IMG/VR virus record: IMGVR_UViG_3300029728_000017
Source: a virus
Strand: one strand, 5' to 3'
Length of the DNA stretch: 51,722 bases
Made by a program: the position numbers and the translations under genes. Shown here piece by piece: positions 7,951-15,059 of this stretch (its first letter is position 1; every line of letters starts with the position of its first letter). A model generated the notes under the pieces. It had not been told where the DNA came from, searched no databases, and saw only the letters and a list, made by a program, of their open reading frames with translations.

Positions 7951-7987
7951 AATAATTCCTCCTTTTCAGCGGGCGTTACCCGCAAAA

Positions 7988-8224
7988 TCATCTCTTGTGC
8001 CTGTGCTTCATTCTGGCCTTCTTCACGGAAGCTTTCCGCTTTCCGGCGCTGGCGTCCCGCGAAGCCTCGGCGGCTGCGGCCCGTGCGACATACACCTTGT
8101 CCCGCGCCGCCCGATACTCGGCGTACCAGTGGGAGCAGTGCAGCATGCAGTCGCCGCTTCTGTCCGGGCAGTCCGGCGTACAGGGGCTTTGCGGCACGAT
8201 CTGGTGCTCCAGCATCACGCTCAT
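7988..8224 (-). CDS. Hypothetical Cys-rich protein with a basic tail
   Basis: ORF track, 78 aa. Contains CTPDCPDRSGDCMLHC and a C-terminal KKARMKHRHKR. Confidence 0.65.
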   Translation of the reverse strand: MSVMLEHQIVPQSPCTPDCPDRSGDCMLHCSHWYAEYRAARDKVYVARAAAAEASRDASAGKRKASVKKARMKHRHKR

Positions 8225-8538
8225 ACCACCACCCCCAGCACCTCCAGCAGCTTGTCCCGCTTGCGGAAGGTCTCCAGCGGCTGCGCCCCGGTCTCCAGCC
8301 GTGTGATCGTCGCCTGACTCACGCCGACACTGTGGGCCACCGCCTCCTGTGACCAGCCCAGACGCATGCGGGCCTCTTGCAAAAACCGCTGTTCCTCCGC
8401 ATACCGGCGCTGATTCTCCCGGTAATATCCGCTGGCATACTTGGCGATCAGCACGGAATTTTTCCTGCGGTACGCGGCAAAATACGGCTTGTTGGCCGCG
8501 TAATACGCCTTCTGATAGGCGTTTCTCTTGCCGTTCAT
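8221..8538 (-). CDS. XRE-family HTH protein
   Basis: Met 78 of ORF 8221..8769 is preceded by GGGAGG. LGWSQEAVAHSVGVSQATITRLETG is a classic HTH_3 motif. Confidence 0.75.
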   Translation of the reverse strand: MNGKRNAYQKAYYAANKPYFAAYRRKNSVLIAKYASGYYRENQRRYAEEQRFLQEARMRLGWSQEAVAHSVGVSQATITRLETGAQPLETFRKRDKLLEVLGVVV

Positions 8539-8627
8539 CACCGCCTCCCTTCCAGCCGGTCTATCAGGTGCATGAATTGCACCGAGACCGTCAGCGCTCC
8601 GATGATGATCATGATGTAGGCGATCAT
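8538..8627 (-). CDS. Possible 29-aa single-pass membrane peptide
   Basis: Manual read gives MIAYIMIIIGALTVSVQFMHLIDRLEGRR. The stop overlaps the next start (TGATG). It is too short for the ORF track. Confidence 0.3.
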   Translation of the reverse strand: MIAYIMIIIGALTVSVQFMHLIDRLEGRR

Positions 8628-8629
8628 GT

Positions 8630-8830
8630 TTACACCGTCCTTTCTTCGATCCATTTGTCCAGCAGCGCCCGGAAGATCTGGAACGACCGTCGGCCCTGAT
8701 CGTTGACGATGCAAAAGCCAAACTCAAACTTGCCTTGTTCCAGTCCGTTTGCCAGCACCACGTTACCAATCTTAAAGCCGTGGCCGCGCAGATACTCCGC
8801 AGCTTGATTCAAGCTCAATGTTTCGATCAT
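8630..8830 (-). CDS. Small HTH-like protein
   Basis: Met 15 of ORF 8630..8872 is preceded by GGAAGGAG. LSLNQAAEYLRGHG looks like a MerR/excisionase-type helix. Confidence 0.6.
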   Translation of the reverse strand: MIETLSLNQAAEYLRGHGFKIGNVVLANGLEQGKFEFGFCIVNDQGRRSFQIFRALLDKWIEERTV

Positions 8831-8858
8831 TGGTATCTCCTTCCCATGGTAAGATAGC

Positions 8859-9074
8859 TTACTCGTGGTCAATTGCTTCGCTGATCGCGCCGTCCACGAT
8901 TTTCAGCACGATGCGGCATTCCTCATAGCTCACGGCCAGATCGGCCGTGACCAGCAAATTAAGGATCTTGCCTGCGGCTTTCATCAGGTTTGCCATGCGG
9001 GCCGGTGTGATGTAGTAGCCGCACTGCTGTATCACCCGTTCTTTTTCCGCGTTCAGTTTTTCAATTGGTGTCAT
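8859..9074 (-). CDS. Hypothetical protein
   Basis: ORF track, 71 aa. Confidence 0.7.
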   Translation of the reverse strand: MTPIEKLNAEKERVIQQCGYYITPARMANLMKAAGKILNLLVTADLAVSYEECRIVLKIVDGAISEAIDHE

Positions 9075-9085
9075 TTATTTGTTGC

Positions 9086-9114
9086 TTGCCTTTCCCCCAC
9101 GGAAGTGATATACT
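9086..9114 (+). promoter_or_regulatory. Plus-strand promoter with an extended -10
   Basis: TTGCCT (9086-9091), a 17-bp spacer, then TGaTATACT (9106-9114). It is divergent from the gene starting at 9074. Confidence 0.45.
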
Positions 9115-9120
9115 GTCCGT

Positions 9121-9189
9121 AGGAACATGTGGTTTGTGTTCTTCTCTCGCCCTGTTCGGTCTGCTACACCGGGCAGGGCCCTCTTTTTA
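9121..9189 (+). ncRNA. Candidate small RNA of about 70 nt ending in a strong intrinsic terminator
   Basis: A 12-bp stem GCCCTGTTCGGT-ctgctac-ACCGGGCAGGGC (9149-9179) contains two T-G pairs that are valid only on the plus strand. It is followed by CCTCTTTTTAT. No ORF is present. Confidence 0.35.
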
Positions 9190-9473
9190 TGGGCAATTGC
9201 GCATCCCACCGAAGCAGCTCGGTGCTTCACCATGCTCGTCACCACCGCGCTTTACCTTTGCAAAACTATCCGTCGCTAATCGTTACGGTTCCATACCTTT
9301 GCTTGGCATATCGAAGCTCCTCGAATCCTTTGCTGCGCGGGTCAATGCGTCTCGATTCCGTCACAGGTCAAAACTACGCATCGCCTTTGCCGCTCAATGC
9401 TCCAGCATTCCGCACGTCACCATTGCCATGCAATTCGTTTCCCTACCGTTGCCAAACTACGCCTCGGCCTGCC

Positions 9474-10079
9474 TTACCCTTGCTTGATGTTGACTTCCTC
9501 CCAGGTGAATCGCCCTTTCCCACTGTTGCGCCACTGACCCATTCCGGAGTACCGTCCGTAGTCCAGCCACTCTCGCACAGCCTTCTCGTGGTCGTCGCAC
9601 AGGCACACAATGGTAAAGTCACACGTTGCGCCGGCGGGAATCTGCTCAGACAGCGCCAGACTCACGCGCTCACCCTGCATAGTCTGTGCCCGAAGAGGTC
9701 TGCTGCATTCGCCGATCTCACCGGCAAAAAAGACGGGGATGGTGCGCGGCTCCACGAAGATCAGTTTGTCGATTTCCTTCTTGTATGCCTTGATACCGCT
9801 GGATTTTGTTCCCTTGACACGCCGCAGGCCGCCGCAGGTATCCTTGAAAAAGCCCTTAATCTGATAATCGTAGAAGAACGGCGTGCCATCGTCCAGCTTC
9901 GGGAAAATGGTCTTGCCTTTCTCAACAACGCCCTCTACGCCGAGGGCGGCAACCTCATCCTCAAGGGTGTAAGCATCCGGCGCGTTGCCTCCGATAAACT
10001 CACGATAGATGTCAGGATTACCGGGGCAGGTGCCCAGCACCGCTTCCGTAAAAGTCAGTTTCACTTTGATCTCTTTCAT
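9474..10079 (-). CDS. Conserved phage early protein, function unknown
   Basis: ORF track, 201 aa. It is the first gene downstream of the cro-like gene. The C-terminus carries a Gly-rich loop GMGQWRNSGKGRF. Confidence 0.8.
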   Translation of the reverse strand: MKEIKVKLTFTEAVLGTCPGNPDIYREFIGGNAPDAYTLEDEVAALGVEGVVEKGKTIFPKLDDGTPFFYDYQIKGFFKDTCGGLRRVKGTKSSGIKAYKKEIDKLIFVEPRTIPVFFAGEIGECSRPLRAQTMQGERVSLALSEQIPAGATCDFTIVCLCDDHEKAVREWLDYGRYSGMGQWRNSGKGRFTWEEVNIKQG

Positions 10080-10109
10080 TTTTCATTCTCCTCGTTTCTT
10101 CATTTCTCC

Positions 10110-10325
10110 TTATTTCTCTTTCCGTCCCTCCGCCGTACACCGCATGGCGTCCTCAATTTCCGCCACCGTCACGCCGTAAAGCCTTGCCAGCGTCTTGTGG
10201 TACTTCCTTGCGATGCCGTTCACGCGGTTCTCCCAGTTCGACACGGCAGCGACAGTCACATTGCACTTCTTCGCAACGTAGCTCTGGCTCAAGCCCGCGT
10301 TTTCTCGCAGCGCCTTTAATTCCAA
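10110..10325 (-). CDS. Cro-like XRE-family HTH regulator
   Basis: ORF track, 71 aa, with a TTG start 8 nt after AAAGGAGGG. LSQSYVAKKCNVTVAAVSNWENR is an HTH motif. The gene faces the lysogeny genes divergently. Confidence 0.85.
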   Translation of the reverse strand: MELKALRENAGLSQSYVAKKCNVTVAAVSNWENRVNGIARKYHKTLARLYGVTVAEIEDAMRCTAEGRKEK

Positions 10326-10361
10326 GCTCTCAGCCCTCCTTTCAGTGTTCAGAACTTTATC

Positions 10362-10390
10362 TTGACAAACGCTATACCAACCGTTATTAT
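10362..10390 (+). promoter_or_regulatory. Near-consensus promoter for the plus-strand (lysogeny-side) genes
   Basis: TTGACA (10362-10367), a 17-bp spacer, then TATTAT (10385-10390), within the divergent cro/repressor gap. Confidence 0.55.
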
Positions 10391-10495
10391 GTAAGTGTCA
10401 GCCAACAAAATATCGGCTATAAGCCCGCAAAACGGAGGTTTCCGATGGGGGTTTGGTTTTTTGTTGTCTGCTTCAAGTTCTGTAAGGCTATTATA

Positions 10496-10542
10496 AACGA
10501 AATTTTTTCGTTAGTCAAGATTATTGGCGAATTTTTTTCGTT
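10496..10542. promoter_or_regulatory. Two similar inverted-repeat operator-like sites
   Basis: AACGAAAtttTTTCGTT (10496-10512) and GCGAAtttttTTCGTT (10527-10542), about 30 bp apart in the switch region. Confidence 0.4.
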
Positions 10543-10598
10543 GATAAATTGCATAAAAAAAGATGCTAATTTTGGACATCTTGTAGAAAGGGTATACT

Positions 10599-11396
10599 GT
10601 GGGATTGTTTAGTAAGTTTCTGGGAAAGCCGGAAAAGCTTCAAAATAATGCAATATCTCCTGTTGAAAAACAGGGCTCGCTGCGTTTTGACTATTTACAA
10701 ACCAATGAGCCTGTCGAGAAAATAGCATTGTTGTTAAAAGGCAGATGCATAAAAGAAAATCTTTCAAAACAAGATTGGCTGAAAGCAAGCAGCGCAATTG
10801 AATACGAAATGGGGAATTACGTATTTATGCCTTTTCAGGTTTGCAACTGTTCTTATATTGGAGAAGGAAAAGCCTGGACAAGTTATAATCTAAACAACAA
10901 AAGGGCTTTAAGCTTGGCAATAAATGAAATAAATTATCATTTGAGCACATTACGCGAACTTGAACCGGAGCAAGATGCCATACCTAAAATTGTTCCTTTG
11001 GACTACAATATAAAATTCGGAACAATTTGTTTTGATTATTCTTCCGTTGTGCGAGCCGGAGATTTTCCAAGAAGCTATATTGTGTATGCGCCAAAAACAA
11101 AAACTGGAAAGCGATCTCAATACCCTCTTATCGCATTTTTTAATACGATCAAAAATAGTGAAAATAATAATGGCGGTGAAAACTACTGTGGAGAACTGTA
11201 TTACTCCATAAATGGTGACCTGTCAAAAGCAACCGTTCATTGCTGGAAACACAGGAAATTTACAGAGTTTAATTTTTCCGTTGTCGGCCGAACTTTTTTA
11301 ATTTCATCAATTAAAACGGTAGACGAAAACGGTCGAATGTTCTCTGTATACGATTGCAATTGGAAATTTACAGATTACGCCGACTTTTCAGATTAA
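10599..11396 (+). CDS. Hypothetical 265-aa protein (AT-rich lysogeny-side cargo)
   Basis: ORF track, GTG start. It is visibly AT-rich compared with the rest of the phage. No motif recognised. Confidence 0.75.
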   Translation: MGLFSKFLGKPEKLQNNAISPVEKQGSLRFDYLQTNEPVEKIALLLKGRCIKENLSKQDWLKASSAIEYEMGNYVFMPFQVCNCSYIGEGKAWTSYNLNNKRALSLAINEINYHLSTLRELEPEQDAIPKIVPLDYNIKFGTICFDYSSVVRAGDFPRSYIVYAPKTKTGKRSQYPLIAFFNTIKNSENNNGGENYCGELYYSINGDLSKATVHCWKHRKFTEFNFSVVGRTFLISSIKTVDENGRMFSVYDCNWKFTDYADFSD

Positions 11397-11412
11397 ATTT
11401 GAGGTAATTGTT

Positions 11413-11880
11413 GTGCCAAAAAGAGATACCGTCTTTATAAATTATGAAAAAACTGTTCAGCTGATAAAAGAAAAATATAGAAATAATACTATTTTTTGCG
11501 AAGCCATCAACAAAGCGATGGGAACAGAGCGTACAACAAAGTGGGTAAGTGAGTGGAAAAGAAACAGTAATCTTCCTTCCCCGGAAGAAGCGGTTTACAT
11601 TTGCGTCTTGCTCCAAACCACCCCAGAAGAAATCCTTCTCCACGAGGGCGAAACCGAAGAGGAAACCGCCAAGTGCCAGAAGGACATTGCCCTTGTCCGT
11701 GACCTGCTTGATCAGCAGGGCGCAAAAAAAGCGCCCACTGAAACCAGTGAGCGCGAATTTGTACCATCTTATGAAGATTGGGAAAAGCAGGCTGAAAACT
11801 GGACGATAGACCAGCTGGATAACGCCATCTGGAAGCTGTTCCAGATCAAGAGGAAAAGAGAAGGTAAACATGGCGATTGA
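11413..11880 (+). CDS. CI-like HTH repressor candidate with no recognisable S24 peptidase domain
   Basis: ORF track, 155 aa. The HTH-like segment is FCEAINKAMGTERTTKWVSEWKRNSNLPSPEEAVYICVLLQTTPEEILL. Its position is opposite the cro-like gene. Confidence 0.55.
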   Translation: MPKRDTVFINYEKTVQLIKEKYRNNTIFCEAINKAMGTERTTKWVSEWKRNSNLPSPEEAVYICVLLQTTPEEILLHEGETEEETAKCQKDIALVRDLLDQQGAKKAPTETSEREFVPSYEDWEKQAENWTIDQLDNAIWKLFQIKRKREGKHGD

Positions 11881-12154
11881 ATTGACCAAAAGCGCAAAGA
11901 AATCTCTGGCGACACTCTACCGCGAGTATTGCCAGAGATTAAACGCGGGTGAAAAGAAAGCGCAGGCTGCGTCTTTCCAGTCTTACAGTGAATTTGTGAT
12001 GGACAATCGGAAAGAGCTGAAAGACGCGGGATTTATTCGAGTTGACCTTTTGGGTAATATTTATTTGACGGACAAGGCCATTATTTACATGGAAAATAAG
12101 ACGGCAGACGCCATCAAAGAATGGCTGTCATTCGGCACACAATTTATACCCTAA
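11870..12154 (+). CDS. Hypothetical protein
   Basis: ORF track, 94 aa. The start overlaps the repressor-candidate stop. Confidence 0.7.
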   Translation: MAIELTKSAKKSLATLYREYCQRLNAGEKKAQAASFQSYSEFVMDNRKELKDAGFIRVDLLGNIYLTDKAIIYMENKTADAIKEWLSFGTQFIP

Positions 12155-12352
12155 ATTGTTTTCGATGAAATCAAGGAACTGCTTCCCGGTAAACAGGTTC
12201 CCGGCGTGGGCTTTTTCAATGCTGAAAGATACGTCGCATCCATCAGCGTAAAATTTGAATTCTTCGCAGCGGATCGGCAGGCCGTTTACAATGACATACG
12301 TCTTGTCCCCGTCAGACGCGATCAGAATTTTCGGGTTTGATAGTTCCATCAT
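12128..12352 (-). CDS. Hypothetical protein (ATG at 12352 preferred over the TTG at 12358)
   Basis: ORF track 12128..12358. GGAG lies 7 nt upstream of the ATG at 12350-12352. It is convergent with 11870..12154. Confidence 0.65.
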   Translation of the reverse strand: MMELSNPKILIASDGDKTYVIVNGLPIRCEEFKFYADGCDVSFSIEKAHAGNLFTGKQFLDFIENNLGYKLCAE

Positions 12353-12485
12353 TTTCAAGCTCCTTCCATAATTTGTTTTGCTCTTCCTTTGTCAACGTTG
12401 CTACAGCAGAAAGAAATTTCTCCCGCAGCGCCATGATCATTGTACCACAGTTTTCGTTTTGTCTCAAGTGTACCTGTTCCGTCAT
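12312..12485 (-). CDS. Possible 57-aa protein (below the ORF-track length cut-off)
   Basis: Manual read gives GGAGGAAAGGAAGC-ATG then MTEQVHLRQNENCGTMIMALREKFLSAVATLTKEEQNKLWKELENDGTIKPENSDRV. The stop TGA is at 12312-12314. Confidence 0.45.
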   Translation of the reverse strand: MTEQVHLRQNENCGTMIMALREKFLSAVATLTKEEQNKLWKELENDGTIKPENSDRV

Positions 12486-12542
12486 GCTTCCTTTCCTCCA
12501 TCCAAATTTCTGCGTTAGAACAAGCGTTTCATTTGTGTGCTT

Positions 12543-12571
12543 ATTGTAACATAACCTTAACTGTTTTGCAA
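12543..12571 (-). promoter_or_regulatory. Minus-strand promoter for the 12485 and 12352 genes
   Basis: On the minus strand: TTGCAA (12566-12571), a 17-bp spacer, then TACAAT (12543-12548). Confidence 0.5.
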
Positions 12572-12581
12572 CCGCTAGATG

Positions 12582-12590
12582 TGGTATAAT
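12582..12590 (+). promoter_or_regulatory. Extended -10 promoter element on the plus strand, back to back with the minus promoter
   Basis: TGgTATAAT at 12582-12590. No good -35 is present at a 17-bp spacing. Confidence 0.4.
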
Positions 12591-12660
12591 TTTTGTGAAA
12601 GATCACTATCGTCAAGGGAGGCGTTCCGCCCATGTCCCATCGTTATAACTGGCCTGTGTA

Positions 12661-12700
12661 AGCCCTCCGCCGTCTCCGCAACAACGGCGGAGGGCTTTTC
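12661..12700 (+). terminator. Strong hairpin in the leader of the HTH-membrane/integrase operon (terminator or attenuator)
   Basis: A 13-bp perfect stem AGCCCTCCGCCGT-ctccgcaaca-ACGGCGGAGGGCT is followed by TTTTCC. It is preceded by an SD plus a 9-codon ORF (MSHRYNWPV). Confidence 0.5.
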
Positions 12701-12846
12701 CCGACGGGCACCCACCATGCCCGCCGTGCAAAAACAGGGTAGCAACAACAACTTGGGTAGGTCAATGCCGAAGATGGGTATTTGACAAAACTAGACATGC
12801 CGACATTCGGGCATCTCCTACCCAACAATGGGGAGAGGAGCAGAAA

Positions 12847-13398
12847 ATGAGCAAGTCTTTACAGGATATATGCAGAGAGGCCAGAGACCGACAGGGTATG
12901 ACCAATCAGGACGTTGCAGACAATTCCAACGTGCCGCTTTCCAGTGTGCAAAACTTTTTTGCATCTACATCTAAAACGCCAACTGTAAATAACTCCGGCA
13001 ACATATGCCGGGCCTGTGGTGTTTCGCTGGACAAGTATTTTAGCATCACGCCGGATGTTCTGCCGGAAGAGCAAATAGAACAAATGGAACGCGATCACAA
13101 AGCGGAGCTGGTAATGGCAAATCTGGAAGGACGGATAGAACAGCTTTCCAAGACCGAGAAGCGTATGCGAATATCGCTTTACAGTATCTCCGTCCTTGCT
13201 GTGGTTTTGCTAATGACGTTAATCGGCTATGTGGCGTTTGACTATCAGTTGCCCAACGTCGGTCTTATTCAGGGCAGACAGGCCAGCACTTTGGCGTGGA
13301 TCGTCATCATCCTGCTGGCTGTCGGCGCTGGTGTGATCGTATCTGCGTTTTTGAGCGCCCTGCGATACGGTAAATTTATTGCACCGAAGGAAAAATAG
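12847..13398 (+). CDS. Membrane-anchored XRE-type HTH regulator
   Basis: ORF track, 183 aa. The N-terminal HTH is GMTNQDVADNSNVPLSSVQNFF. A coiled segment follows, then two hydrophobic helices (ISLYSISVLAVVLLMTLIGYVAF and LAWIVIILLAVGAGVIVSAFL). Confidence 0.75.
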   Translation: MSKSLQDICREARDRQGMTNQDVADNSNVPLSSVQNFFASTSKTPTVNNSGNICRACGVSLDKYFSITPDVLPEEQIEQMERDHKAELVMANLEGRIEQLSKTEKRMRISLYSISVLAVVLLMTLIGYVAFDYQLPNVGLIQGRQASTLAWIVIILLAVGAGVIVSAFLSALRYGKFIAPKEK

Positions 13399-13400
13399 AC

Positions 13401-14492
13401 ATGGAATGTAAGAGCTGCAAAAAAGAAATACCGGACGGCGCGGTGTTTTGCCCCTGGTGCGGAAAGAAACAGGCCACAGCGCCCCGCAAGGCGTTGAAGC
13501 GTCCCAACGGAGCCGGGACTGTTTATAAGCTCTCAGGCCGCCGTACAAGGCCGTGGGTGGCCGCGAAAAACAAGGTCATCGTCGGATACTACGAGAAGAA
13601 AACGGACGCTCTGGCGGCCTTGGAAAAGCTTTCCGGCAAGGACTTGGATGAGCGGTACAACATGACGTTCGCGGAAGTCTTTACAGAGTGGAAAGCGGAG
13701 CATTACCGCGAGATTGGCGAAAAGGGCATTGAGACTTACGAACGTGCTTATGTGATTTTTCAACCGCTGCACGATAAGAAATTCCGCAGTCTGCGCACCG
13801 CCGATTTTCAAGCTGTGATCGACCAGCACATGAGCAAAAGCCACTCCACAGTCAACAAGTACAAGCAGCTCATTACCCAGATGTCCACATGGGCCGTGCG
13901 GGAGGAGATTTGCACCACCAACTTTGCCCGGTTTGTGAAGCTTCCGGAAAACGTCAAAAAAGAAAAGGACGTGTTCACTTCCGCCGAAATCAAAAAGCTG
14001 GAAAAGGACGGCAGCGATACCGCCAAGATCATCCTCATGCTCCTTGCCACCGGTATGCGTATTGGCGAACTGTTCAACTTACCACTGAAAGATTATCACG
14101 GTGACTATGTGATCGGCGGCGAAAAGACGGAAGCGGGCAAAAACCGCATTATCCCCATCCGGCCAGAAGGCCAAGAGTATTTTGCATACTTTGCAAAAAA
14201 AGCAAACGGCAGTTTACTAATTTCAGGCTATGATGGGCAAAAAGTCCCCGCCAATTTCCGCAGGCGGGAATATTACCCCTTGCTGGAAAAGCTCAAGATA
14301 GAGAAAAAGACCCCCCATGCCACGCGGCACACTTACGCCACCCGCGCAGTCAAGGAAGGTCTTGCCCCTGAATATCTGCAAAAAATTCTTGGCCATGCCA
14401 ATTATGCCACCACCGCCGACGTTTACACCCACATTGACGCCGAAACGCTGGTTGGTGCGGTTACTAGCGCGTTACTAGCAAAGCAAAAATAG
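13401..14492 (+). CDS. int: Tyrosine integrase with an N-terminal zinc ribbon
   Basis: ORF track, 363 aa. Contains CKSCKKEIPDGAVFCPWCG. The catalytic region reads HATRHTYATRAV...LGHANYATTADVYTH. Confidence 0.93.
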   Translation: MECKSCKKEIPDGAVFCPWCGKKQATAPRKALKRPNGAGTVYKLSGRRTRPWVAAKNKVIVGYYEKKTDALAALEKLSGKDLDERYNMTFAEVFTEWKAEHYREIGEKGIETYERAYVIFQPLHDKKFRSLRTADFQAVIDQHMSKSHSTVNKYKQLITQMSTWAVREEICTTNFARFVKLPENVKKEKDVFTSAEIKKLEKDGSDTAKIILMLLATGMRIGELFNLPLKDYHGDYVIGGEKTEAGKNRIIPIRPEGQEYFAYFAKKANGSLLISGYDGQKVPANFRRREYYPLLEKLKIEKKTPHATRHTYATRAVKEGLAPEYLQKILGHANYATTADVYTHIDAETLVGAVTSALLAKQK

Positions 14493-14505
14493 CAGAAAAA
14501 GAAAA

Positions 14506-14539
14506 ATCCCCGTAACCCGTATGGTTACGAGGATTTTTT
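14506..14539 (+). terminator. Intrinsic terminator after int
   Basis: ATCCCCGTAACC-cgtat-GGTTACGAGGAT with one mismatch, followed by TTTTTT. Confidence 0.75.
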
Positions 14540-14586
14540 GGTGCCCCGTCGGGGATTCGAACCCCGGACACCCTGCTTAAAAGGCA
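14539..14586 (-). other. attP core candidate: a copy of the 3' part of a tRNA (anticodon loop CTTTTAA, Lys-UUU-like) including CCA
   Basis: The minus strand reads tgcCTTTTAAgcaggGTGTCcggggTTCGAATccccgACGGGGCaCCA. No D arm or 5' acceptor strand lies upstream, so it is a fragment rather than a gene. Confidence 0.7.
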
Positions 14587-14718
14587 TAGCCAGCAATCAA
14601 AAGTCGAGTACAAGTTGGTATTTCCCAGAAATACACGGCAATATTGCAAGTTTTTCTCAAAAAATGTTTCTTTGTTCCCGCGTGTTTTCACCGGGTAGCT
14701 AGCAAATTACTAACAATT

Positions 14719-15045
14719 TTACCGCCCCAGCTTTGCCATCACGCTGTTGTACACTCGGCTATTGGAAATGATCAGCGCATCCATTAGCTCATCCATCACG
14801 CCCCACGCCTTTTCCGGCGACACTTTGGCAACCGCCTGTAAAAACGGGCTGTCGCCGTACTCGCCTACCAACTGCATTTCCGGAGCGGGCGCGGCGGAGT
14901 ACATGACCGGCATTTCCGAAAGGCTTACCTTTTTGTGTTGATTTGCGATGGTGTATAACGCGGCTAGCTTTTCATAGTTGCTCCAGCTGGATTCTTCGGT
15001 TTCAAGCCTACTAATCCATAGTTGCACTTCCTTCTCGTCGATCAC
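14719..15045 (-). CDS. Hypothetical protein (last gene before attP)
   Basis: ORF track, 108 aa. Confidence 0.7.
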   Translation of the reverse strand: MIDEKEVQLWISRLETEESSWSNYEKLAALYTIANQHKKVSLSEMPVMYSAAPAPEMQLVGEYGDSPFLQAVAKVSPEKAWGVMDELMDALIISNSRVYNSVMAKLGR

Positions 15046-15059
15046 GGGGGCGCACCCCC

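Noticed and set aside
7969-7983. The hairpin GCGGG-cgtta-CCCGC as a terminator
   Set aside because: It has no T-run on either strand, and it lies in a 37-nt gap between tightly linked genes.
7159-8352. A 397-aa plus-strand ORF (similar cases at 9129..10319, 87..734, 15981..16736 and 40016..41041)
   Set aside because: All of these are antisense to well-supported minus-strand genes and are Arg/Pro/Ala/His-rich. They would also break the tight operon packing.
14539-14586. A complete tRNA gene at the att site
   Set aside because: Only the 3' part is present. The upstream sequence has no D arm and no GCCCCGT acceptor partner, so it is an attP core rather than a functional tRNA.
14464-14691. A 75-aa minus-strand ORF after the integrase
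   Set aside because: It spans the int terminator hairpin and the tRNA-fragment attP core, and it has no SD.
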